NCBI GenBank assembly: GCA_950097015.1
Contig: CATNEN010000039.1
Location: 5,890,001 to 5,954,000, forward strand
DNA from: Macrostomum hystrix
Taxonomy: Eukaryota > Animalia > Platyhelminthes
Direction of reading: 5' to 3'
Length of the DNA stretch: 64,000 bases
Shown here: piece by piece, positions 54,452-64,000 of the stretch
How positions within the stretch are numbered: the stretch's first letter is position 1
Layout of the letters: each line of letters starts with the position of its first letter
Notes under the pieces: generated by a model
What the model saw: only the letters and a program-made list of their open reading frames with translations
Told to the model about the DNA's origin: nothing
Database searches by the model: none
Program-made: the position numbers and the translations under genes

Positions 54452-56566
54452 ATGGCTTCCAGCGAGCCAGAGAGGGGCTACAGGGTGGGCAACCTGGCCA
54501 AGCTCGAGTCCAGGTTCAAATGTGCCTACTGCCACCTGCTGCTGAGAGACCCAATGCAGGGTGACTGCGGTCACAGGTACTGCAGGAACTGTGTACAGCT
54601 GATGCACTCGGAGGCCCGTGAGCTCAGGCAGCCGTCTCTTTGCCGCGAATGCGACCCAAGCGACTCCGAGCGGGCTGAGATCTCTACAGACCGAACTTAC
54701 CCGGACCTGGCCATGAAGCGAGAGATCAACAAGTCGCTGCAGGTGAACTGCCCGAACTCTCCGTGTGACAGCAGCATGCAGGTGATTCAGCTCGATGAGC
54801 ACCTGAAGGTGTGCGACTTCAGGCCAGAGCCGTGCAGCCAGTGCGGAGACGAGGTGCCGTTGAGCAGCATGGATGAGCACAAGTTAAAAAAGTGTCGCAG
54901 AAGACTTGTAGACTGCGGTGTCTGTCATGAACCTGTACCTTATGAGCTGCTGGATGAGCACAAGAGCTCAACATGCAAGGGTAGCACAGTGCAGTGCGAG
55001 TACTGCCAATCCCGCATCAGGGACACTGATGAGGCAAAACAGACTCATTGGCTGAAGGAGTGTCCGGTGGGCTGGCACAGCGGCAACTGTCCGTACGGTT
55101 GCCAGGACGTTGGCAAGGACTTTGAGAAGCACCGAGCGGAGCACTTGGCTACACACCTTGATAGACTGTTGGCAATGTCCAAGCAGCCCAACAGCTCCCA
55201 GCAACAGCAACAGCAGCAGCAGCAGCCAGCTGAGGCATCCAGGGGGGCTGCCCTCATGCCAGCCTCTGAGCTCACCGGAGCAGACTTTGATGAGCTGAGC
55301 AAACTAAAAGAGAAAGCGGCTTCTCTGGAGTCCAGGATAAAGTCCCTTGCCTTGCCAGGCGACCTGCATCAGCTGCTGCGAGATCTTCAGGGCAGCATCG
55401 CTCAGGGAGACAAGGTGGCGGAGCTGCTCAACGTTATCAAGGAGCAGTTTGAGAAGTGCTACGACAAGATCCGGCAGTATGAGCTGAAGATGCAGAAGGA
55501 CCTGGAGAAGAAGCTGGACATTGAGCGCAAGCACCAAGAGCTGGTGAAGCTGCTGGCCTACAAGGAGATGAAGATCCTGGACCTGGAGCGGCGGGTTGAA
55601 GTGCTGGAGCACGCCGGCTACGACGGAGTCCTCGTGTGGAAGATCACGGATGTGCGGCGACGCAAGGAGGAGGCCAGGGAGGGCAAGGTGTGCTCAATCT
55701 ACTCGCCACCGTTCTACACGGGCAAGGCTGGGTGAGTGAGGACCTCGATCCCGAATCTCTCAATCCGCTCCCGAATCCCCCAATCCGCTCCTAAATCCCT
55801 CAAATCCGCTCCCAAATCCCCCAATCCGTGCCCAAATCCCCCCAATCCACTCCTAAATCCTCCAATACATTCCCAAATCCCCCAATCCGCTCCAAAATCC
55901 CCCAATCCGCTTCGAAATCCTCCAATTCACCCAAACCCTCAAATCCGCTCCGAAATCCTCCAATTCACCCAAACCCTCAAATCCGCTCCGAAATCCTCAA
56001 ATTCACCCAAACCCTCAAATCCGCTCCCAAATCCTCCAATTCACCCAAACCCTCAAATCCACTCCCAAATCCTCCAATTCACCCAAACCCTCAAATCCGC
56101 TCCGAAATCCTTCAATTCACCCAAACCCTCAAATCCGCTCCGAAATCCTTCAATTCACCCAAACCCTCAAATCCACTCCCAAATCCTCTAATTAGCTTCT
56201 CCGCCGCCCCTCAGGTACAAAATGTGCGGCCGGCTTTACCTGAACGGTGACGGCGCGGGCAAGAACTCGCACATCAGCCTGTTCTTCGTGATCATGCGAG
56301 GGGCCTTCGACGCTCTCCTGCCGTGGCCCTTCGCCAAGAAGGTCTCCATGATGCTGCTGGACCAGAACTTCGAGGAGCACGTGATCGACGCCTTCAAGCC
56401 GGACACTTCGTCGTCTTCCTTCAAGCGGCCCACCACCGACATGAACATCGCCTCCGGCTGCCCGCTGTTCATGCCGCTGCTGGACTTCGAGAGCAGCTCC
56501 CGCGGCTACGTGAAGGATGACACAATGTTCATCAAGTTCATTGTGGACAAGAGCGACCTGCCCTGA
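54452..56566 (+). CDS. TRAF2: TRAF2/3-like, copy 2, 543 aa; exons 54452-55731, 56215-56566 (an in-frame upstream ATG at 54371 is possible)
   Basis: Nearly identical to copy 1 over the CDS. Confidence 0.93.
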
Positions 56567-56847
56567 TGGCTCCTATTTTGTGCTGAATTTCACCCTTGTG
56601 ACCCGTGATTTTGGTTCAGTGATGCGGCAGATTTTTCTGCAAAATGACTTGTATAAATTTATTTGGTGTGTTTGTACTGTAATTTTTAGGCATTCAGAAA
56701 GTAAAGTGCCTGAAAACCACATTTGTTAATTTTTCAGCTAATTTTTGTCCGTCTGTCTATATATACATGAAAATTCGTTAATTCGTATTCGAAAATTCAT
56801 ATCCATGAAAGTGCATTAATTAGATTTTTTTTCTTCTGAACTCTAAC

Positions 56848-57380
56848 TACCTGCCCATCTGCCATCTGCCCACCTGACCCATCTGCCATCTGCCCACCTG
56901 ACCCATCTGCCATCTACCCACCTGACCCATCTGCCATCTACCTACCTGACCCATCTGTCATCTACCTACCTGACCCATCTGCCATCTGCCCACCTGACCC
57001 ATCTGCCATCTGCCCACCTGACCCATCTGCCATCTACCCACCTGACCCATCTGCCATCTGCCCACCTGACCCATCTGCAATCTGCCATCTACCCACCTGA
57101 CCCATCTGCAATCTACCTACCTGACCCATCTGCCATCTGCCCACCTGACCCATCTGCCATCTGCCTACCTGACCCATCTGCCCTACAGCATCCTGACCCA
57201 CCTGTCCTATACCATCCTGACCCACCTGTCCTATACCATCCTGACCCACCTGTCCTATACCATCCTGACCCACCTATCCTATACCACCCTGACCCACCTG
57301 TCCTATACCATCCTGACCCACCTATCCTATACCACCCTGACCCATGCCATCTATCAACTCCTCATCTGACCCACCTGACC
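56848..57380. repeat. 24-bp C-rich minisatellite (CACCTGACCCATCTGCCATCTGCC) and derivative
   Basis: Directly visible. Confidence 0.92.
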
Positions 57381-57673
57381 ATTCTTTCGCCTTCCTGTCG
57401 TCCTTGCGATTAGTTTGGAGAAGGGGTACAAATGGCGCGCATGTTATTGCCTGGCCAGTTGAGCAGTTTTTATTCAATGGCTCACAATCGGACAAAAAGT
57501 CACGCGCCTACAGTCTTGGCCGCAGAGATAACAGCAATTCTTGCAGGCATCCGGGCTCCATATAAATGCTTGCTCGAATGATAGCCGCCAATACCGGCAG
57601 AAACCGATAAGATTGGTGCTAGGGACTCTAACTAGGCATCAGGGACTCTAACCAGGCATCAGGGACTCTAACC

Positions 57674-60600
57674 ATGCCAGTATCGCCTTCGCCGCAACCG
57701 TCACCGCAACCGTCGGCGAATTGTCGGCGAGGTCCGCGACCCAGTAGGGCGCGCCACGCTGATTTCGAGTTTAGCACCGTCTACGTTGACGAAGACCTGG
57801 ACTTGGATGATGTGCTGCAGCAGCTGCGGGCTGAACAGCAACAAAGACCATGCGCTGACTATGGCAACAGCGCCCTGCGAACCCCACAGAAATCTGCTGG
57901 CCGTCGTAGACAGCAACAGCAGCAAAGGTCAGGCGCGTTTGTCTCTCGAATCAAGGTCCCTTGAGCTCGATTCTGCGGCAAAGCCACATTCATTTGGGGC
58001 GCAGCCGCGGAGAGAGGACATGGGGGCTTGTCATGCAATTTACACCCGTGAGGACCTACAAAGTGAAAGTGTACACTGCCGGACGAGAAGGTCAGGGCAG
58101 ATGTACACACCTGTGTGAGTAGTGTGCTTGCGTACGGTACTTGAGTGCGTGTGTGCGAGACGTTTTGCGCCCCCTAACTTCACATGCAGTCCTGCGAACG
58201 ATCCGTTCTCTCAGTTGTCCAGCTAGCCAAGAAACATTCCCCGGTGTCCATCATTGTCAACCGCATCAGCAAAAACAACAACAAAAACAGCAGCAACAGC
58301 AGCAGCAGCATGTCACTAGAATAGTCAGCACAATTACGGAACAGGTGAAGGATATCTCTATCATTCAAACGGTAAGTAAGACGATACAAAACAAAGAACA
58401 GCAACAGAATGAGCAGCAGCAGCAGCAGCAGCCACGAGAATCGGCCGCAGGATCGCCCCTCACCCTAGACGAAACCCTTCGCGACGAAGCCCTGAGATTC
58501 ATGCTGACATCCTCGCTGCGCGGTCTGGGCCGGATTCCGAAGGCGCGCGACAACTTCTGGCGTCGAGTTTGGATCGTCACCTTCACCCTGATGCTGCTGG
58601 TGTCTGCGGCATTCTTCACAGTGCTTATGCAGCGCTACCTTATGTACGAGAGCTTCACGCAGACCATCAGCCTGGTGAGTTCAGTTCAGCTGAGTCGCTC
58701 ATATGCGCTGCAGCTTGAAGTATGAGCTGCCTCCTCCAGTTTTTAGAGGCCGGCCCCGCCCACATCCAGTTTAAAGAGGCCTGTCCCGCACTCCCCATCC
58801 AGTTCAGAGAGGCCTGTCCCGCACTCCACATTCAGTTTAAAGAGGCCTGTCCCGCCCTCTCCATCCAGTTTAGAGAGGCCTGTCCCGTCCTCCCCATCCA
58901 GTTTAGAGAGGCCTGTCCCGCCCTCCCCATCCAGTTTAGAGAGGCCTGTCCCGCCCTCCCCATCCAGTTTAGAGAGGCCTGTCCCGCCCTCCCCATCCAG
59001 TTTAGAGAGGCCTGTCCCGCCCTACCCATCCAGTTTAGAGAGGCCTGTCCCGCCCTCCCCATCCAGTTTAGAGAGGCCTGTCCCGCCCTCCCCATCCAGT
59101 TTAGAGAGGCCTGTCCCGCACTCCCCATCCAGTTCAGAGAGGCCTGTCCCGCACTCCCCATCCAGTTTAGAGAGGCCTGTCCCGCCCTCCCCATCCAGTT
59201 TAGAGAGGCCTGTCCCGCACTCCCCATCCAGTTTAGAGAGGCCTGTCCCGCCCTCCCCATCCAGTTTAGAGAGGCCTGTCCCGCACTCCCCATCTAGTTT
59301 AGAGAGGCCTGTCCCGCCCTCCCCATCCAGTTTAGAGAGGCCTGTCCCGCACTCCACATCCAGTTTAAAGAGGCCTGTCCCGCCCTCCCCATCCAGTTTA
59401 GAGAGGCCTGTCCCGCCCTCCCCATCCAGTTCAGAGAGGCCTGTCCCGCCCTCCCCATCCAGTTTAGAGAGGCCTGTCCCGCCCTCCCCATCCAGTTTAG
59501 AGAGGCCTGTCCCGCCCTCCCCATCCAGTTTAAAGAGGCCTGTCGACATACTCATAACTACCAACTCGCCCAACGCGACAGACGGCGCCAGCCCTGGCCT
59601 TCCCGGACGTGACTGTGTGCAATCTGCAGCCGATTCCGCTGCAGCAGCTTCGCCAGCTCGAGTCCGGCCAGCTGCACTCGCGCTTCAACTACACCCCGCA
59701 CGTCTGGTCCCGACTGGTGCAGAGCCGACACCGGCAGTTCAACCTGACCGACCAGCTCAGCAGTCACGTGGCTTCCATGCCCGGCTACTTCGCCAACCTG
59801 CCAGCCAACCTGACCGGCCACCTGGGCTACGACAGCGGCCAACTGCTGGTCAAGGAGTTCTGCCGCTTCAGGAACACTCGCGGCCGCATTCAGAGCTGCT
59901 CGTCGGCACAGATCTCGCCGATGCGCGACAGTCGCTACTTTAAGTGTTACCGGCTCGCCTTCAACGGTGCCTTAGCCGCCGAGGTGACGAGCCTGCAGGT
60001 GCTGGCCTTTCTGGACTATCGCGAGGCTGGTCGCTGCGAGAACTGCATCTGGGGCAATCTGCATTCCACCGAGCAGGGCCTGCTGGTGGACGTCCAGGTG
60101 CAGGGCTACGAGCCGATTCTGCAGCATTGCAGGTTGCACAAACTGCAGCCCGGCACCATTAACCACCTGGTCTATCGGTGAGCGCGCAGAGAAAGCATGG
60201 ATGTCACCTGTTAGACAGCAATACAAACTTTTAGACTGCAGTAAAACCTTTAAGACAGCTGTATCACCTGCTAGAGTGCAAAATTTAGCTATCAGATTTG
60301 TTCCAATCCTTATAGTCTCATGCATGACTTGAAAACTAATTAGCTAAAGGTGTAAAAAATTACGGAAAGGATGTCTAGCCGGCCAGGAGTTATCAATCTA
60401 CACCTCTAGACTCCATTAATCTCTAGGCACCGTAGCTACCAGCTGTTGTCGCCGCCGTTCGGTCAGTGCGACCCGGCCTATCCGGAGTTCATCGACCTGC
60501 TGGTAGGCGAAGCCGCCTCAACCATATTCCGCCGCGATCCGGACGCCTGCGACGGCTCCAGACTGCAGGCCAACCTGGCGCGCCACTGCGGCTGCCGGAG

Positions 60601-62137
60601 TAGCCAGGAGCCGCAGCTGGCTGAGCTGGCCAGCCTGCCCTACTGCGAGAGCCTCGGCGACTGGCAATGGCTGGCGGGCCGGCTGGCGCCGAATCACAGC
60701 CTGCTGGCATGTATGGACAGACAGCTGGAGGCCCGCTCAGCGAGTGACTGCAGCGCCAAGCCATGCAACTACCCGCAGCCGGAAGTGCAGCTGCTGACGG
60801 CAAGGTCTGGATAAACACGATTATTTAATGATTGCTTTTTCTACCACTGCAATCTAACTCAATGACTACTCGATAGTCGCTTTAAGCATTCTCAATTGGG
60901 GTAGACAAAATTGTGGCTGGCTCAAGCAATACCCTGCGAAGAGATGGGAAGAGTCGTCGGACGGCCTAAATTCCTGCCCCAGGTGCAGCCAATCAAAACC
61001 GGCGCTTGACACATTAGCGTAGTGTGCTCGATCAGCCAATGGCAAGCGGGGAGGGGGATGGGGAGGAAAGCTAGAGGCGGCCTAAAGCGCTCATCATGAC
61101 ACAGCCAATGCAATCGTAGCGACATAGATTATCCTACCCCTCGTATTTTCTTCCTAACCCGTTTCTTTCAAACCGCAATCAACCGCAGAGCTTTCCCCAC
61201 TGGCTCCCTGCTGGATCTGTTCGGCGTTCTCAGCCGCTCGACTGGCATCGATCAGCCTCTGTTGCACAGCCGGTTTCCGCGGCTCAGTCAGCTGCACCGC
61301 CAGCTGAAACAGACTGACCAGGCCAGAGTTGGCGATACGGAGAGTAGGTAAACACCGTCGCTAATTCAGGCCACTGATGCAGCGATTCGGCTTGCTCTCG
61401 TTGTAGAATTATTTCCAACTGAAGAGTCCACTGAGGAGATGGACAGAAATACACGTAACCTAGCTAGGCCAGGTGTACAGTCAATGACAAAATTCAAGGG
61501 CACATCCAGGGTTTAAGTCCATAGACAAGGGATGCAATGCTGCTTGTCATTTTACAACTGTGTGAACTGAAGCTATTGCTCAAGGACACAGACCTTTCGT
61601 TTAGAAGTCAGAAGCTTAAATTAGCTGTCCACATAGCAAGAGGTCATGGGATTTTTTTAATCTGTCGCACAGGCGCACGATAAAATCAAAGTTTGACGGA
61701 CGACGTCACAGCCACAAACCCCCACCTTCAGCAGCAACCTGTCCAGCTTGCTACCCAAACCAGACAGCCTGGAGTTTCTGCAGTTCCGCTTGGAATGCGA
61801 AGACCTGCGCCTTTCGCTAGTGTCCTTTGAAGTCTCCATGCCAAGCCGGTCGTTTGAGCTCTTCCGCGAGTCCTCGCTCAGCGACGCCTTCAATCTGGTC
61901 AGCTCCATCGGCGGCTCGCTGGCTCTGTGGAGCGGCTTCACAGTGGTCGGACTGGTCGAGATGCTAGAATTTGCCGTCTACTGCTTCAAGGCCGTGCTGG
62001 CTAGACGGCACCTCGGCTCTATTTCACCCGCCACAGTCGAGCCAGACGCAGAGAAAGTCCAGCAAATGAAAGAAGCTGCCAGGATGCAGATAAAAAGGCC
62101 TGCGGATTTGTCAGACACCGCGGTTTCTATGTACTGA
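57674..62137 (+). CDS. DEG/ENaC (amiloride-sensitive) channel subunit, divergent, ~750 aa; exons 57674-57927, 58215-58674, 59582-60177, 60427-60804, 61189-61347, 61732-62137
   Basis: TM1 RRVWIVTFTLMLL, FPDVTVCNLQP, Cys-rich thumb (PPFGQC..CGC..PYC..PC), TM2 SSIGGSLALWSGFTVVGLVE; 2253 nt in frame; first exon least certain. Confidence 0.85.
57953..58160 (+). mobile_element. SINE family 1 partial copy (intronic)
   Basis: GAGCTCGATT, TTTGGGGCGCAGCCGCGGAGAG, GCAGATGTACACACC. Confidence 0.78.
58735..59543. repeat. 33-bp intronic minisatellite (CCATCCAGTTTAGAGAGGCCTGTCCCGCCCTCC) x~24
   Basis: Directly visible. Confidence 0.95.
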
Positions 62138-62229
62138 GCGGCCAATCAGAACTTCTTTTATTGTCGCGCATAGATTCTAACCACTTTACCGATATTTCTA
62201 TGGAAAAAAAGTCCAAGGAAGCGTTTCTC

Positions 62230-62465
62230 AGCCTCGGCTGTGCAGCCCGATGGCACAATCCATTGATCCTTGAGCGCACACGCACACAGCCCTGACCTGC
62301 CGTTTTCATTATTAGGCTGTGTGCACTCTCACTGTGCCTTAGAAGTTGGCCCTCATATCGTTGCACTATAATGCCGACTGACTTCTCTTCGCGGCTGCGT
62401 GCTAAACAGGTGTGACCTCGCTGCGGATTCGAGCCCATGGACATGACCCCACAATTCAAACCCCT
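62230..62465 (-). mobile_element. SINE family 1 diverged copy
   Basis: GTGCACTCTCACTGTGCCTT..GGCCCTCA..TTGCAC..CGCGGCTGCG blocks. Confidence 0.6.
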
Positions 62466-62478
62466 AAGCCAACGCGAA

Positions 62479-63073
62479 TCTCTATCTATCTATTTGCAGG
62501 GGGGCCCGGGGCACTTGTCGCACAAGCGACGGAGCGGCACGCCCCCAGACCGGCGAACTAGGCGCTTAGCGCCCATCGCGCCGCCTCCCCTGAGCAGGCA
62601 TGCCCACACACAGCAGCATAGACCAGCCGGGGAGGGCAGGAGGCACCCAGAATAGGCAGCAGTGCCCCCCACCCCAGCCCCACACGCACAAGAGCAGACC
62701 AAGCCGAGGAAGGCTGATATGAAATCAGTCCTCAGCGGGGCCGGGTGATGAGTGTACACTTATCCAATCGCGCTGACGGAAATCCAGAAAGCGCGCGGCG
62801 GTGTACACCCGCCCTCCAGCCACCCCCCGCAAGGCCTCACGCCCCAGCGCCAACGCACACAACTCACACAACGCAGAACAGGCACACAGAAAGGTAGGAG
62901 CGAAGCTAATATTTCAAGCTTTGATTGCACGAAATATGGCGCACCTCCGCCGGTCGCTACTGTCCAAACCCTCCAACAAGTCCCGAAATTAATCGTGACT
63001 TGAAGGGAGAATCAAACTAGCGTCCATTGGAGTGCGAGGCAGCGACGCTAGCCGCTGACCCACTCGCCCCCCC
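62479..63073 (-). mobile_element. 595-bp tRNA-headed retroposon (SINE family 3) with (ATAG)n tail and 13-bp TSD
   Basis: TSD AAGCCAACGCGAA at 62466-62478 and 63074-63086; minus-strand head GGGGCGAGTGGGTCAGCGGCTAGCG..GTTTGATTCTCCC; tail TCTCTATCTATCTAT on the plus strand. Confidence 0.7.
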
Positions 63074-63453
63074 AAGCCAACGCGAAAGAAAGCTGCTTGT
63101 TTTTCAGTTATACAGATATTCAATAGAAACTAGATGATACGATGTCAGGCAAGCTTCTGAGTAAAGTCAGTCTTCTAGTGCTGAAGACGATGTTATCCAC
63201 AAATAGATGGTTTGTTGTTTCCGTTTATAACTCAAGGATTAAGAATTGCTTGTGTTGTAACCAAATCTCTAGGCCGTAGATCATCTTCAGAATAAAATAT
63301 ACTTGTAAAATATAAAATGACACGCTAAATATTTGTTTATCTTCATGACTTGTCTGTCCACAATTCAAAGTTCAATGAAGGACATGATTTATTTGCGACA
63401 GTATTTCAACAGCAGCAAGCAATATGCATGGGTGGGTTCACTCATCGAGGCCA

Positions 63454-63675
63454 TCAGGCATTGCTAGCGAAGAACTTGGCCAAGGTCTGGCAGGCGTCGC
63501 GAATCTGCTCCATCTGGCGGGGGTCGCTGCGGTCGCCCCTGGCGGCGCAGAAGCCGTGGGTCACGCCGTCGTACCGGCGGTGAACGCAGCGGTTGTAGAA
63601 CGGCTGGTCGCGCAGGCCGCGCATCAGGCTCTCCATGTCAGGGTCGTCGCTGGCCGGTAGCAGAGCAATGGGCAC
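63454..63675 (-). CDS. Dienelactone hydrolase family (alpha/beta hydrolase), last exon
   Basis: Acceptor TTGCAG|GTG; VPIALLPASDD..YDGVTHGFCAARGD with catalytic Asp and His motifs. Confidence 0.75.
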   Translation of the reverse strand: MPIALLPASDDPDMESLMRGLRDQPFYNRCVHRRYDGVTHGFCAARGDRSDPRQMEQIRDACQTLAKFFASNA

Positions 63676-63772
63676 CTGCAACCGGGTCAGCCAGCCTCTT
63701 TTAATTAACAGTTTCACAGGTGGGTATATCTGTTCTGATATTCTCATCGTCAAGCCATAATAACTACAAGCC

Positions 63773-64000
63773 CTCCAGTCTTCTCTCCGCGGGGCCTCGC
63801 TGCGGATTTGTGCTCAGGGACCTTGATGTGGTACGAAAGTTAGTCGCTTTAACCGCACTGTCACTAAGCCAACAATAATTGCAGGAGGGCTGCAGGCGAT
63901 GGCGCATCATGTAGTGCCAGTAGATCCGCAGCCAGCGAGGAGGCAATTCTGTCCATGTCGCTGACTCCTGAGCACACATGCACACAGATACTGTACGCAG
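63773..64000 (-). mobile_element. SINE family 1 fragments (two tandem pieces, the second truncated by the window edge)
   Basis: CCTTCTCTCCGCGG..CTCAGGGACCTTG; AATAATTGCAGGAGGGCTGC..GCAGCCAGCGAG. Confidence 0.7.

Noticed and set aside
58722-59573. Repeat ORFs REACPALPIQF and related
   Set aside because: 33-bp array inside a DEG/ENaC intron

Overview
Eukaryotic (animal) genomic DNA with GT-AG introns, GC-rich exons and many intronic minisatellites. The style suggests an invertebrate such as a free-living flatworm; that is inference only. Genes assembled by hand from splice sites and reading frames: 3' end of a synaptotagmin-14/16-like gene; an orphan intronless ORF; an 11-beta-HSD1-like SDR; a 9-exon prokaryote-like NSS/SLC6 transporter with a decayed Ty3/gypsy element in an intron; a 3-exon putative neuropeptide precursor absent from the ORF track; a DFR/aldehyde-reductase-like extended SDR; a small secreted Cys-rich protein; an orphan 4-TM protein; SCHIP1; a short BAP29/31; two nearly identical TRAF2/3-like genes flanking an ANKRD11/12-like gene; a divergent DEG/ENaC channel; and the last exon of a dienelactone hydrolase. 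Mobile DNA includes three kinds of tRNA-headed SINE, two hAT MITEs with TSDs, a third MITE, a Merlin-type transposase relic and many tandem arrays. Top observations: (1) the prepropeptide predicted to release PFGPLFRPI-amide and a related PFGALFRP peptide; (2) TRAF paralogs whose identity runs only from start codon to stop codon; (3) a 21-bp 'micro-LTR' with its own 5-bp TSD; (4) minisatellites built from splice donor sites.
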